Source: Smithellaceae bacterium
GTDB taxonomy: Bacteria > Desulfobacterota > Syntrophia > Syntrophales > Smithellaceae
DNA length: 64,000 nucleotides
Direction of reading: 5' to 3'
NCBI GenBank assembly: GCA_963667845.2
Contig: CAXXVL010000002.1
Location: 2,560,001 to 2,624,000 of the forward strand
Made by a program: the position numbers and the translations under genes. The notes under the pieces are model-generated. The model was not told where the DNA came from. It did no database searches and saw only the letters and a program-made list of their open reading frames with translations. This document shows, piece by piece, positions 1 through 10,641 of this stretch (position 1 is its first letter; every line of letters starts with the position of its first letter).

Positions 1-42
1 TCAAGCCGGGCGGCACAGATAGCCGAAAAATCCGGCCTCGGG

Positions 43-432
43 TTATTTCATCTTCTGCAGCATGTCCCCCATCATCTTGTGCACCAGATTTACAGCCTTA
101 AGCGGACGCAGCATGACTTTGAAATCGGTGATCCGTCCATCCTCGCCCCATGTGATCATGTCCACGCCGTTGATCGAGATGCCGTCGATGATTGTTTGAA
201 ATTCCAGAACGGCATTGTTGCCGGATATGATTTCGCGCAGATATTTAAACGTGTCGTTGTTCAGGACATGTAGTGCCGCGGTCAGGTAGAGTTTGGTGAT
301 CGGTTTCCCTGCCTGGGGTGTATGCACGACCGGGGAGTGAAAGACGACGTTTTGTGCAAGAATGTCGTCGAGACCTGCGGCGTCTCTTGTTGCAATAAGT
401 TTGTGCCATGTGGCGATCGTATTTTCAATCAT
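43..432 (-). CDS. SnoaL-like/NTF2 family protein
   Basis: Pattern LAxNVVFHSPVVHTP...GVDMI..W..DGRITDFKVMLRP is typical of SnoaL-like proteins; ATG at 432 chosen over upstream TTG. Confidence 0.8.
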   Translation of the reverse strand: MIENTIATWHKLIATRDAAGLDDILAQNVVFHSPVVHTPQAGKPITKLYLTAALHVLNNDTFKYLREIISGNNAVLEFQTIIDGISINGVDMITWGEDGRITDFKVMLRPLKAVNLVHKMMGDMLQKMK

Positions 433-485
433 TGTCAAACCTCACAAGAAATTTGTTATTCGTTATGCCGATACGGATGTTCAAT

Positions 486-1793
486 CTAAAGCAGATACAT
501 ATTTTCCGCTTCTCTCAGAAGTTCGTCGCGGAATTTCGGATGGGCGATGCTGATAATATCGAGCGCCCGTCCCCTCGTGGACTTGCCTTTCAGATTCACC
601 GCCCCATGCTCCGTCACCAGGAAATGCGTATCCATCCTGGGGGTCGTTACGACCGTTCCGGGATCCAGGCGGGGCACGACGCGGGATATCGCACCTTGTT
701 TTGCGGTAGAGTGGAAGGCAAGGATGGATTTTCCGCCCCGGGCGTTGAAGGCGCCCCGGACGAAGTCGAGCTGTCCGCCGGTTCCGCTGAACTGGGATCC
801 GTCGAGGTATTCGGCGTTGCATTGCCCGAGCAGGTCCACCTCCAGGATGGAGTTGACCGAGATCATGTTGTCATTGCGGGCGATCACCGCGGGATCATTG
901 GTATAGGAAACGGGATAGCTTTCCAGGCTCGGATTGTCGTTCATGAAATCATACATGTCTTTCGTACCCACGGCGCCGGTGAAAATGTTCTTGCCCGGGT
1001 GCAGTGTTTTTTTTCGTCCGTTGACGACCCCTTTTTTAATCAGATCGACCATGGACAAGGTAAAAACCTCCGTATGAATACCCAGATCCTTGTGCCCGGC
1101 AAGCAGGCTGCCCACGGCATTCGGCAGGCCGCCAAAGCCCATCTGGATGGTGGCGCCGTCGGGGATCATTTCGGCGATAATCCGGCCGATAACTTCATCT
1201 GCCGGGCCGACAGCCCCTGCCGGAAGTTCCATCAGGGGAACGTGATTCTCCACGATGGCCTCAACTTCTGAAACATGAATCAGGGAATCGCCGAAGATCC
1301 GGGGCATGTTTTTATTGACTTCGACAATCAGATGTTTCGCTTGGCGGGCGGCCGTGGACGTGTAGTCATTCACGGTACCGAAGGTAAAATAGCCGGCTTT
1401 GTCCATGGGGGAAACCGTGGTTATCACGACATCCACGTTGATGAAGTCCGTGATCAGGCGCGGGATCTGGTGGTAGTAGCCGGGGACGAAATAGTTGAGT
1501 CCTACCTTGACGAGAGCTCGATCGTGGCCGCTCAGGAAAAAGGAATAGGGCTGAACCGCATCGCAGAGGTCGGGCGCGAGGATCGTTTGGGCTGCATGCT
1601 TCAGGGGCAAAAGTGAGTAAACGCTGATCCGCTTCAAGTCCGCGGCGCGAATGCGGGCGGCTGCTGCGGCGAGCAGTGCCGGAGGCTCGGCGATAGCGAG
1701 TCCGTGAAACAGCGTATCACCACTTTTAACGATTTCCACGGCCTTGTCCGGCGTCGTCAGTTTCTGCCTGTACAATGTTTCGCAATTGGACAT
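486..1793 (-). CDS. Acetyl-CoA hydrolase/transferase family (4-hydroxybutyrate CoA-transferase-like)
   Basis: Motifs IPDGATIQMGFG, LGIHTE, SGTGGQLDFVRGA, VTEHG..NLKGKS. Confidence 0.9.
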   Translation of the reverse strand: MSNCETLYRQKLTTPDKAVEIVKSGDTLFHGLAIAEPPALLAAAAARIRAADLKRISVYSLLPLKHAAQTILAPDLCDAVQPYSFFLSGHDRALVKVGLNYFVPGYYHQIPRLITDFINVDVVITTVSPMDKAGYFTFGTVNDYTSTAARQAKHLIVEVNKNMPRIFGDSLIHVSEVEAIVENHVPLMELPAGAVGPADEVIGRIIAEMIPDGATIQMGFGGLPNAVGSLLAGHKDLGIHTEVFTLSMVDLIKKGVVNGRKKTLHPGKNIFTGAVGTKDMYDFMNDNPSLESYPVSYTNDPAVIARNDNMISVNSILEVDLLGQCNAEYLDGSQFSGTGGQLDFVRGAFNARGGKSILAFHSTAKQGAISRVVPRLDPGTVVTTPRMDTHFLVTEHGAVNLKGKSTRGRALDIISIAHPKFRDELLREAENMYLL

Positions 1794-1869
1794 GATACGG
1801 ACTCCCGACCTGGACGTTTCTCTGAAATAAGAAAGCGCCTGATTTCAAAAAATAGACGAATGCCCGGTC

Positions 1870-2220
1870 TTATTGGCCGGGTAAGACGATCCGGGATTCT
1901 TCCTTACGCTGCATTTCCTCGGCTTCGGCAATCATTGCCCGAACTGCGTTTTCAATCGCATCCGGTAATTTGGCCGTGGCGTCGGCAAGCGTTTTGGCGT
2001 CTTCAATGATGCACTGAACGGGAATGGGCCCATTCGGTGACATCAGCTGGGCCATTCCGGTGAAGATGGGCTCCCGGCTTTCGTCGGGTGTGCCGTCGAT
2101 TTTGACGGGCACGAGACGCCGGATCGTGGCGTGGGTCAGGTCCGTGAAGGCCTCTTCCCTGTACAGGTTGTCCGGATTCATCTTGATGTTGGTTATTTTG
2201 GGTTCGTTTATGTCGCTCAT
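1870..2220 (-). CDS. Conserved hypothetical cytoplasmic protein
   Basis: 116-aa ORF with AAGGAG RBS; LYREE.FTD...TIRRLVPV..DG..D.SR pattern. Confidence 0.7.
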   Translation of the reverse strand: MSDINEPKITNIKMNPDNLYREEAFTDLTHATIRRLVPVKIDGTPDESREPIFTGMAQLMSPNGPIPVQCIIEDAKTLADATAKLPDAIENAVRAMIAEAEEMQRKEESRIVLPGQ

Positions 2221-2477
2221 GGGTGTCTCCTTTGCTTTGGGGATGATGGTTTCTATGCCCCGAAAATAGACGGGAAGCGCAAACGGAGCAGCCCATGTTT
2301 TTTTCGGATCACGGTTGATTCCCTACACCGAAAAGACTGGCGGGTCAAATGAATTTGGGAATCGGTGTCCGGGGATAGGCGAGGGCGCTATGTCAACAGC
2401 AGGCGTTTTGCCGCGACATGTCGCAAGAGAAGGCGGATGCGGGGTTTGATCCGGATAACAAATAAAATGCTGCAGCT

Positions 2478-2528
2478 TTAATCCCGCTTAAGCGGGATGA
2501 GCGTTAATTCTCTGTCGCTTGCCGCGAG
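2478..2528 (-). repeat. ~52-bp composite palindromic (REP-like) element, copy 1
   Basis: Reverse complement matches 8291-8342, including the TCCCGCTTAAGCGGGA palindrome. Confidence 0.7.
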
Positions 2529-2570
2529 GTTGTGGATCGGCGCTGCGATTGCTTCTGCAGCCAAATAGAT

Positions 2571-2604
2571 AAAGGGCTCCGCTCCGGAGAGGCAGAGCCC
2601 TTTT
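2571..2604. terminator. Hairpin downstream of flavocytochrome gene
   Basis: AAAGGGCTC...GAGCCCTTT stem with A/T tails. Confidence 0.5.
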
Positions 2605-2627
2605 CATCTTTTGAGTCTAAATCAAAA

Positions 2628-4172
2628 TCAGCTCCAGCTTTTTTCTTTTACTGCATTCTGACCGGCGATACGTCCGAAAACAAGACAATCGATTGTCGCA
2701 CAGCTGCCCAAACGAACCGCTCCATGAACACCGCCCGTCAACTCACCCGCCGCGTAAAGCCCGGGAATGGGTTGATCGGTCATTACATCCAGCGCCTGCG
2801 CTTTGGTATTGACGTTCAAACCGCCCATGCAGTGGTGCACTTTCGGCATCAGCCGCATAGCGTAAAATGGTGCCGTGGCAATTGGTTTGGCGTCTTTCCA
2901 GAGATAGCGACCCCAGGCCTCATCTTTGCCTTTGACCAGCGCTTCGTTGTATTTATTAACTTCTTCCATCATCGGGCCGAAGGGAACGTTATAGGCCGCC
3001 GCCATCGCCTCCAATGTGTCGTACTTCTTGACGATGCCTCTTTCCATGAACTTGGGGATGGCGTCTTTCTGCAGCCGGGTGCCGTTTTCATCGCAAAAGG
3101 CAAGACACTTATTGCCTGCCTTGAGAATGGCGTCGGCACGGACCTTGCGGTCAGCCAGTTCATTGACGAAGCGTCGGCCCGTCTTGGTATCAATCCACAG
3201 ACCATAGATTGCCGCGCAGCCCTGACCGAAGAAGGCGGCGAGCCCGAAACCTTTTTCATCCGGGCTGCCCCATGGGCCCAGTTGAATCCAGGAAAGCTGC
3301 AACGGGGTGCAGCCGATCCGCAGGGATTCACGAAGCGATTCGGAGGTGGCGCCCGGCTGATTGGTTGTGTCCACGTCAGCCGTCAGGCGAGGATCCTGAA
3401 TCGTACGGAAATTAACGTCGGCGCCGAAACCGCCTGTTGCCATCACGACGGCTTTTCTGGCTTTAATGGTCTTTAATTTTCCACTGTCGTTTTTCGGGAA
3501 AGCATATTTTTCACGGATCTGAACGCCTTTGACCCGTCCATCCGCGTCCCGATAAATCTGAGTCAGATAACTTTGCAGTTTCGGCACCACGCCCAGCTCT
3601 TTTAATTTGGCCAGTTGCGCCGTTACGATGGCCGATCCGCTTTGATTGTATGTGCTGTACATGCGGGGTACGGAATGGCCTCCCTCCTGGCTGACCCGGT
3701 CCTTGTATTTGACGCCGAGTTCATTGATGGTCCATTGGACCGTATCATTGGAATTGAAGGCGACCATTTTAGCCAGTTCGGGATGGTTCAAGTTCAGTCC
3801 GGCTGTCAGCATATCCTTGAGCAGCAGCTCCGGTGAATCTTTGATGCCCTGTTTCTCCTGCAAGGGGGAGCCTGCCGCCGCGACCACGCCGCCATTCACA
3901 ATTGAATTGCCGCCGGCCGTCCGCATTTTTTCTAAAATGATCACGGAGGCCCCGGCCTTTTTTGCTTCATATGCCGCCGCCAGTCCGGCGAAACCGCTGC
4001 CGATAATAACCACGTCATACGTCTCATCCCATTTCTTCGGGATGGCTGCCGCTTCAGCGGTCCAGGGCGCCAGACTCATTCCGCCCGTCGCCAGCCCCGC
4101 GACGGCGGCCGTAGCGCCCGCCGTTTTTAAAAAACTTCTTCTGGTCAATGCTTTCTTTTCTTTTTCTAACAT
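2628..4172 (-). CDS. Tat-exported flavocytochrome c flavin subunit (fumarate/urocanate/methacrylate reductase family)
   Basis: Twin-arginine TRRSFLK signal; GSGFAGL FAD motif; GGHSVPR, VHHCMGG, GAVRLGS. Confidence 0.88.
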   Translation of the reverse strand: MLEKEKKALTRRSFLKTAGATAAVAGLATGGMSLAPWTAEAAAIPKKWDETYDVVIIGSGFAGLAAAYEAKKAGASVIILEKMRTAGGNSIVNGGVVAAAGSPLQEKQGIKDSPELLLKDMLTAGLNLNHPELAKMVAFNSNDTVQWTINELGVKYKDRVSQEGGHSVPRMYSTYNQSGSAIVTAQLAKLKELGVVPKLQSYLTQIYRDADGRVKGVQIREKYAFPKNDSGKLKTIKARKAVVMATGGFGADVNFRTIQDPRLTADVDTTNQPGATSESLRESLRIGCTPLQLSWIQLGPWGSPDEKGFGLAAFFGQGCAAIYGLWIDTKTGRRFVNELADRKVRADAILKAGNKCLAFCDENGTRLQKDAIPKFMERGIVKKYDTLEAMAAAYNVPFGPMMEEVNKYNEALVKGKDEAWGRYLWKDAKPIATAPFYAMRLMPKVHHCMGGLNVNTKAQALDVMTDQPIPGLYAAGELTGGVHGAVRLGSCATIDCLVFGRIAGQNAVKEKSWS

Positions 4173-4252
4173 AATGTTCTCCTCTCAATATTGCTCGTTG
4201 ATCATCAACAAATTTCTGCCGGACGTAAGCTTCCTTAAATAACGTCCTTTTT

Positions 4253-4552
4253 TTAGTTTCGACTTTTTTGGGTCTTTCCTCTCTCCATCATAACGGTGCG
4301 ATCAAGAAGTCCGAACGGCTTAAGTCCTTCGAGAATGAGCATGCCCGTCTCGCTTCCCTGCAGCGGAACGGACGCCGTATCCCAATCGAGGATCAGGCTG
4401 AACCCGCCGGGTTGTGCTAGGTGGATATACGCCACTGCGGATTTCAGCCCTTTCTTATCATGGACGGAATCAGCAATTTCCAGAAGCACCTCCATGACTT
4501 CTTTTTCCCTGCGTGGTTGAGTCCTCAACCTTATCTCTTCCAGCCACTTCAT
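4253..4552 (-). CDS. Small hypothetical protein, first gene of sigma-54 operon
   Basis: ORF MKWLEEIRLR... just downstream of a -24/-12 promoter, same strand as the flavocytochrome gene. Confidence 0.6.
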   Translation of the reverse strand: MKWLEEIRLRTQPRREKEVMEVLLEIADSVHDKKGLKSAVAYIHLAQPGGFSLILDWDTASVPLQGSETGMLILEGLKPFGLLDRTVMMERGKTQKSRN

Positions 4553-4566
4553 TCTTTTTGAATAAA

Positions 4567-4581
4567 GCATGGGGCATGCCA
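4567..4581 (-). promoter_or_regulatory. Sigma-54 -24/-12 promoter
   Basis: Minus strand TGGCATGCCCCATGC (GG-N10-GC), divergent from an enhancer-binding protein gene. Confidence 0.75.
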
Positions 4582-4630
4582 TAATAATAATAATGTAAAT
4601 CAACTACTTAAAATCGTGCTGGGGCAGTAA

Positions 4631-4696
4631 TTATCATATACGATAAAAATAGTTTGTCACATGTGATAATTTCATATAAAGTGTCGAATACGACAA
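4631..4696. promoter_or_regulatory. Three 16-bp pseudo-palindromes, putative activator UAS
   Basis: TTATC-N6-GATAA (4631), TTGTC-N6-GATAA (4654), GTGTC-N6-GACAA (4681). Confidence 0.55.
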
Positions 4697-4715
4697 TTGG
4701 AAAGAAGGATCGATA

Positions 4716-6242
4716 ATGATTGACGAAAATGAATTTTTCCGGGAGGTCTCCGTGCGAATTTGCGGAAGCCTGGAAATCGACAAAGCATTGCTGGCATGCT
4801 TCGAATATGTAAACCGGGTCATGCCAGTTGACGAACTCATTATCACCATCTATGACCCGGGAATGAAATGCGTCAAGAATATTGCGACGGCCGATGCTCT
4901 GGGGGCGCATCTCGCCTCAGAAGAAATCCCGCTGACGCCTTTGTTGCCCCAGGAAGTTCAGGATACTGAAAAGTTTCCGCGTTTCCGAAAACTGGATAAT
5001 GCACTTGATGATCCGATCATCCGCCATCTGGCCCAAAGTGTGGAGTGGCCGCCTTCTTCGGTACTGATCAATCGCCTGATGATCGAAGGAAAATATGTGG
5101 GATCTCTTCTGGCCGTGGCGCGGGGAGAGGGAAAATACAGCGACGACGATTTAAGAATTTGGGCCCTGGTAAACGAGCCGGCGGCGATCGCTCTCGCCAA
5201 TCACTTACAGTACCGCGAGGTCATCAGGGTCAAGGACCTTCTCGCGGACGACAAACACTATCTCCAGGATGAATTAAGAAGCGGCATCGGTGGAACACTC
5301 GTTGGGGCTGATTTCGGCCTGAGGGACGTCATGGAGAAAGTCCACCGGGTGGCTCCTTTATTGAGCCCGGTGCTTCTCGTGGGAGAAACCGGCACCGGTA
5401 AGGAAGTGATCGCCAATGCCCTTCATGAACTTTCGCATCGCAGCAACGGACCGCTGATCAAGGTCAACTGCGGGGCTATTCCGGAAACGCTCATCGACAG
5501 CGAACTCTTCGGACACGAGAGAGGCGCCTTTACCGGCGCGATTGCCCGGAAGCGCGGCCGCTTCGAGCGGGCCGACGGCGGGACGATATTTCTGGATGAG
5601 GTCTCCGAGCTTCCGCCGCAGGTCCAGGTCCGCCTTCTGCGCGTGCTTCAGGAAAAGGAAATCGAGCGTGTCGGCGGCCAGGAAACCATCAAAGTCGATG
5701 TGCGGATCGTGTCGGCCACGCACACGGATCTGCAAAGCCTGGTGAGCAATGGGCAGTTCCGGGAAGACCTTTTTTTCCGTTTGAACATATTTCCAATTAC
5801 CGTGCCGCCGCTAAGAGAAAGAAAAAACGACATACCCCTCCTGGTTCATCATTTTATTCAAAAGAAAGCACAGGAGATGGCACTGTCCGACATTCCCAAT
5901 CTCTTACCGGGCGAGATCGACCGGTTGATGCAATATGAATGGCCCGGCAATGTGCGGGAACTGGAAAATGCCGTGGAAAGAGCGATCATTCTGTCCAGGA
6001 ATAATTATCTGACGTTCGGCAATATCATCACCTGCGAAGCGCCGCTAAACAGGCCGATCATGGCGGACAGCCGGGAACCCGAGAGGCTCGATGCAATGGA
6101 AGCCCGGCACATTGAAGCCGTTCTGGATAAGGCGGGAGGCCGGGTGAATGGAGAAGGAGGCGCAGCCGACTTGCTCGGCATCAATCCCAGCACGCTTCGG
6201 CACCGGATGAGAAAGCTGGGAATCAGCTTCGGCCGGAAATGA
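4716..6242 (+). CDS. Sigma-54-dependent transcriptional activator (GAF-AAA+-HTH, FhlA-like)
   Basis: [30 protein letters not shown]-terminal HTH. Confidence 0.93.
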   Translation: MIDENEFFREVSVRICGSLEIDKALLACFEYVNRVMPVDELIITIYDPGMKCVKNIATADALGAHLASEEIPLTPLLPQEVQDTEKFPRFRKLDNALDDPIIRHLAQSVEWPPSSVLINRLMIEGKYVGSLLAVARGEGKYSDDDLRIWALVNEPAAIALANHLQYREVIRVKDLLADDKHYLQDELRSGIGGTLVGADFGLRDVMEKVHRVAPLLSPVLLVGETGTGKEVIANALHELSHRSNGPLIKVNCGAIPETLIDSELFGHERGAFTGAIARKRGRFERADGGTIFLDEVSELPPQVQVRLLRVLQEKEIERVGGQETIKVDVRIVSATHTDLQSLVSNGQFREDLFFRLNIFPITVPPLRERKNDIPLLVHHFIQKKAQEMALSDIPNLLPGEIDRLMQYEWPGNVRELENAVERAIILSRNNYLTFGNIITCEAPLNRPIMADSREPERLDAMEARHIEAVLDKAGGRVNGEGGAADLLGINPSTLRHRMRKLGISFGRK

Positions 6243-6451
6243 TCTGTCCGGGCCTTCGCCTTAAGCGACGGAGATTGGCCGGTTCGTGCAACGCTTTTTG
6301 ATCTGCGCTCAACTGAAATCTATCCAGGATCTTATCTTTCAGATCGTCATTCTTATATGCCGAGGGAAAAAAGCCTCGAAGGGATGTCAAGAAGATTTTC
6401 CGAAGGCCGCCCGCAAGGACGCAAGATGCTCAGCTCCCCGAGGGGAGGTGA

Positions 6452-6509
6452 GGGAGAGGGTTCAGAGAAAGCATGTAGTATATGCTTTTTGCCCTCTGAA
6501 CCCTCTCCC
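6452..6509. repeat. Long inverted repeat between convergent genes
   Basis: GGGAGAGGGTTCAGAG / CTCTGAACCCTCTCCC perfect 16-bp arms, inner AAAGCAT/ATGCTTT. Confidence 0.7.
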
Positions 6510-6565
6510 CCTTCGGCAGGAAAAAAAGGGGATCGGTAAAGGCTTACTTTCGCAAGCCGGGTATG

Positions 6566-8224
6566 TTATTTTTTAACTTTGGCAATTTCTTCGTCGCGAA
6601 GAATCTTGCGCAAAATTTTGCCGACGGCCGATTTCGGGATGCTGTCCCGGAATTCCACGACCTTGGGGACCTTGTAGGCGGCGAGCTTGGTCCGGCAGAA
6701 ATCGATGATTTCTTTATCCGTCGCTTTTTGACCCGGTTTCAGGACGACGAAGATTTTCACGGTTTCGCCGCGGTATGTGTCCGGAACGCCTACAGTGACC
6801 GCTTCGGCAATTTTGGGATGCTGGTAAAGAACTTCGTCCACTTCCCGCGGATAGATGTTAAAGCCGCCGGCGATGATCATGTCTTTCTTGCGGTCGACAA
6901 TGTAAATATAGCCGTCTTCGTCGGCCTGCCCGATGTCGCCGGTGTGCAGCCAGCCGTCGGTCATCTGGATTTTGGTTTCTTCCGGATTATTCCAGTAGCC
7001 CTGCATGACTGAAGGGCCCTTGATCATGATTTCGCCCGGTTCGCCCGGTTTGACGTCTTCAGTGCCGTTTTCTATATCAACCAGGCGGACGTCGTTTTCC
7101 ATGAGCGGCACACCGATGGAGCCGGTCCGGTTGGCAAGAATCGGATTTGAAATGCCCAAGCTAGCAGTCTCGCTCATGCCCCAGCCCTCACCGAAGAAAA
7201 TGCCGAGGTCTTTCACTTTCTGGATCAGTTCCAGGGGCATGGGCGCGCCGCCGGAATTAAAGAAGCGGAACCGCTGGTCGAGGTTCATCTCGGTTGCTTT
7301 GGGGTGATTGATGATTGCCGTGATCATTGTGGGAACCGTCGGGAAATAGCCGATCTGATCGACGCGTCTGATGATTCCCAGCACCTCATCAATATCAAAA
7401 CGGGGCACCAGGACCTGCGTGGCCGCGTTGAGCATTCCCCAGTTCATGCAGCAGGTGTTGCCGTAAATGTGAAAATAAGGAATGATTCCCAGCACGTTGC
7501 GTTTTTCCGGCGGCGTACAAAGCGTGATGTGATTTCCCCACATCGTACTCTGCAACGTTGCCGCCACGACGTTGGCATGGGTGAGCAGAGCGCCCTTGGG
7601 CAGGCCGGTTGTGCCTCCGGTAAATTGGATAAGGGCGGCGTCGGACGGGGTGAAGTCAATTCGAGGGAGTTGAGTAATGCTGCAGCCTTCAATCAGTTCT
7701 GAGAAATGACGCCAACCCTCTTCCAGCTCTAATGCTTTTGCGGTGCTGACACCCAGTCCGGTAATATAGTCCGTAACCCGGGTGACGATCAGGACAAGGT
7801 CCAGTTCTTTGGCAAGCGGACGCATGGTGGGCAAAGCGCCGTCGAAGGTTACCAGTATTTTAATCTCCGTGTTGGCCATCATGAATTTAAGTTCGTCATG
7901 CGTATACATGGGATTCATGTTGACGACAATCCCGCCTGCCGACAAAATGGCGTAGTAGGCGATGATATATTGAGGGCAGTTGGGCAGAGCGAGCCCGATG
8001 CGGTCGCCTTTTTTGACACCCATTTGAACCAGCGCGTTGGCCATGCGCAGCATCTGTGTGCGCAGCTGAGTAAAGGTCATTTCGGAGCCATAGAAATCGG
8101 TGGCTGCTTTAAAAGGATATTGTGACGCCGCAAAGTGCAAAAAATTCTGCGCGGGGAATTTCGGGAAGCGAATAGTCGTGGGGACGGGATAGTCATAATT
8201 TTTCTGCCAGGGTTTTGATTGCAA
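6566..8224 (-). CDS. fadD: Long-chain fatty acid--CoA ligase (FadD-like)
   Basis: FTGGTTGLPKG, EGWGMSET, WLHTGDIG, VDRKKDMII; AAGGAGG RBS before TTG. Confidence 0.9.
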   Translation of the reverse strand: MQSKPWQKNYDYPVPTTIRFPKFPAQNFLHFAASQYPFKAATDFYGSEMTFTQLRTQMLRMANALVQMGVKKGDRIGLALPNCPQYIIAYYAILSAGGIVVNMNPMYTHDELKFMMANTEIKILVTFDGALPTMRPLAKELDLVLIVTRVTDYITGLGVSTAKALELEEGWRHFSELIEGCSITQLPRIDFTPSDAALIQFTGGTTGLPKGALLTHANVVAATLQSTMWGNHITLCTPPEKRNVLGIIPYFHIYGNTCCMNWGMLNAATQVLVPRFDIDEVLGIIRRVDQIGYFPTVPTMITAIINHPKATEMNLDQRFRFFNSGGAPMPLELIQKVKDLGIFFGEGWGMSETASLGISNPILANRTGSIGVPLMENDVRLVDIENGTEDVKPGEPGEIMIKGPSVMQGYWNNPEETKIQMTDGWLHTGDIGQADEDGYIYIVDRKKDMIIAGGFNIYPREVDEVLYQHPKIAEAVTVGVPDTYRGETVKIFVVLKPGQKATDKEIIDFCRTKLAAYKVPKVVEFRDSIPKSAVGKILRKILRDEEIAKVKK

Positions 8225-8290
8225 TTTGAAGCTCCTCCTTAATCAACCACCTCGCAGCAAGCTGTCGAGGCATGAAATAACCGTTATTAT

Positions 8291-8342
8291 TTCGCAGCAA
8301 GCTGCGGAAAGTCAACGCTCGTCCCGCTTAAGCGGGATTAAA
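8291..8342 (+). repeat. Composite palindromic element, copy 2 (extra half-copy at 8245-8273)
   Basis: TCGCAGCAAGCTGCGG...AACGCTCGTCCCGCTTAAGCGGGATTAAA. Confidence 0.7.
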
Positions 8343-8453
8343 CAGGCTTAGAATGTTCCATATAAAGCTTCCTGCATAAACTGCCGGGGTATCTGCCGGG
8401 CTCACCAAATATTTTGATGTCCGCAGAAAGTTTTGTAGTCAAGTATTCTTATA

Positions 8454-8469
8454 GCATCCATTGTGCCAA
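8454..8469 (-). promoter_or_regulatory. Sigma-54 -24/-12 promoter for fadD
   Basis: Minus strand TTGGCACAATGGATGC (GG-N10-GC). Confidence 0.8.
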
Positions 8470-8551
8470 CTATTGGTCACTTGTAATTCGCTTATTTGTT
8501 TAAATTTTATTTTTCTATCTGGATTTTTGCGTCAATTTATGATTCATTACC

Positions 8552-8575
8552 GTCTCACTGACACAACATTGAGAC
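8552..8575. promoter_or_regulatory. Putative AcoR-type activator site
   Basis: GTCTCA-N12-TGAGAC inverted repeat ~85-105 bp upstream of the sigma-54 promoter. Confidence 0.5.
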
Positions 8576-8616
8576 ACCTGCGAAACATTTTAATTTGACC
8601 AAATGGAGAAGATAAA

Positions 8617-10641
8617 ATGATTCAGGAAACCAAATCGGAAAAACGTCGATTGCTCCGGGATATTAATCTGATGGGAGCAGATTATTATGAGCGGTTTTAT
8701 CAGCAGACGTTTATGGAATGGCGGAAATTTATTGCGGGTGATCCCAATGTAGACATATCCATTGTCCCGCAAGAGATTTTGGATTCCTGGCGGCGTTGCG
8801 CCAAACTGGGTGTTGATCCACTGTCTGAACCGGATAATAAGGTGCTGGCTGGAAAAGAATTAGAAGAACTGCTTCTTAAAAATAAAGAGTTCATCGATGT
8901 CAGCCGTCCCTTCATGAAGAATCTCTATCGTTTCCTGGAAGGGTCCGGCTTTATGGTCACTCTTCTGGACCGCGACGTGTATGTTCTGGAAGTGCTGGGT
9001 GATCCTGAAGAGGAAAAACTGATCCGCACCGCCAAAGGATTTGTCGGCGCCTGCTGGCATGAAAAATATTCGGGGAATTCGTCCGCGGGAACCGTGGCCT
9101 TTTATAAGAAGCCCCTTCAGGTTTTCGGCTCTCAACATTATATCCGGTTGTATCAGGGGGCGACTGGTTCAGGCGCGCCGATCTTTGACGCAGACGGAGA
9201 ATTTGTCGGCGTCATTACCCTTTTCGGCCGTTACTACCGGGCCAATCCCCATACGCTGGGCATGGCCGTCGCGGCGGCTGGCGCCATTGAAAACGAGCTG
9301 AGGATCGGCCGGGCTCTGGCCGAAAGCCGCGTGGCGGAAAGCTATCAACAGACGGTTATTTCATCGATCCAGGAGGCTCTCATCGCTGTGGATTCGGGAG
9401 GCCTCGTTACGCTGATCAACGACAATGCGCGCAAACGCTTCGGTCTCACGAATGTCAAGGTTGAGGGGCGGAAAATCCGGGATATCTTCAGCCAGGAAAA
9501 CCCGCAATTCTTTACGCTGATTGAAAACAGCGAAATCGTTACGGACAGGGAAGTCCGCATCTTTTCGAAGAATTTTTCGGGCGACTATACCCTCACATGC
9601 AATCCGATTCTCTCTCCCGATGAACGTGTCATCGGCAAAATCATCACCCTCAATGAGATTCAGCGCGCCAAGTCCATGGTGACCAAAATGATGGGGGCTT
9701 CCGCTAATCTCAGTTTCGATGATATTCTCGGGCAGAATTCCCGGTTCCTCATGACGGTGGACCAGGCCAGGATGGTGTCGCAAAGCAGTTCCAATGTGCT
9801 GCTGCTCGGGAAGAGCGGGACGGGCAAGGATATCTTCGCCCAGGCCATCCATAATGCGAGTGAACGCAAAAACGGACCCTACGTTGCCATCAATTGCGGA
9901 GCCATCCCCCGGGACCTGATCGCCAGTGAACTGTTCGGCCATGAGGAAGGGGCCTTCACCGGCTCGCGGCGCGGCGGGAACCAGGGCAAGTTTGAACTGG
10001 CGGACGGCGGGACGCTCTTTCTGGATGAAATCGCGGAAACACCTCTGGAACTGCAAACCGCTCTTTTGCGCGTGATTGAGGATAAATCCGTTTTGCGAAT
10101 CGGCGGCACCCGGGTCCGGCCGGTGAATGTACGCATCATTGCCGCCACCAACAAGGATCTCCGGGAGGAAGTCCGCAAAGGAAACTTCCGCGAAGACCTC
10201 TATTATCGGGCCAACGTCTTTGCGATCGAAATGGTTCCGCTCAAAGAGAGGCTCGATGATATCCCGCTTCTGACGGACTTTTTTATTAAACGATATGCCA
10301 GCGCCATGAAGAAAAGAATTACCAGAGTGGACAGGAAAGTGATCGAGGTCTTCATGAACTATTACTGGCCCGGCAATGTTCGCGAATTGCAGAACGCCAT
10401 TGAACGGATGATCAACTTTCTCAAGACGTCGGAGCTCACGGTGGAACACATCCCCGACCATATCCGGCATCCCGGCCATACGCTGGAAACACGGGAAGAC
10501 GCTGTTGCTCCTCAGGATGCCGAGCGCCTCACGATTTTAAAAATGTTGAATCAGAAGATGCGCAAGAAACGCATTGCCGAAAAAATGAACATCTCGCGGG
10601 CGACGCTCTATCGGAAGATGAAGCTCTTTGAGCTGAAGTGA
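8617..10641 (+). CDS. Sigma-54-dependent Fis-family activator (AcoR-like GAF-PAS-AAA+-HTH)
   Basis: SWRRC..LGV N-terminal motif, GKSGTGKD, GAFTGS, ISRATLYRKMK. Confidence 0.92.
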   Translation: MIQETKSEKRRLLRDINLMGADYYERFYQQTFMEWRKFIAGDPNVDISIVPQEILDSWRRCAKLGVDPLSEPDNKVLAGKELEELLLKNKEFIDVSRPFMKNLYRFLEGSGFMVTLLDRDVYVLEVLGDPEEEKLIRTAKGFVGACWHEKYSGNSSAGTVAFYKKPLQVFGSQHYIRLYQGATGSGAPIFDADGEFVGVITLFGRYYRANPHTLGMAVAAAGAIENELRIGRALAESRVAESYQQTVISSIQEALIAVDSGGLVTLINDNARKRFGLTNVKVEGRKIRDIFSQENPQFFTLIENSEIVTDREVRIFSKNFSGDYTLTCNPILSPDERVIGKIITLNEIQRAKSMVTKMMGASANLSFDDILGQNSRFLMTVDQARMVSQSSSNVLLLGKSGTGKDIFAQAIHNASERKNGPYVAINCGAIPRDLIASELFGHEEGAFTGSRRGGNQGKFELADGGTLFLDEIAETPLELQTALLRVIEDKSVLRIGGTRVRPVNVRIIAATNKDLREEVRKGNFREDLYYRANVFAIEMVPLKERLDDIPLLTDFFIKRYASAMKKRITRVDRKVIEVFMNYYWPGNVRELQNAIERMINFLKTSELTVEHIPDHIRHPGHTLETREDAVAPQDAERLTILKMLNQKMRKKRIAEKMNISRATLYRKMKLFELK

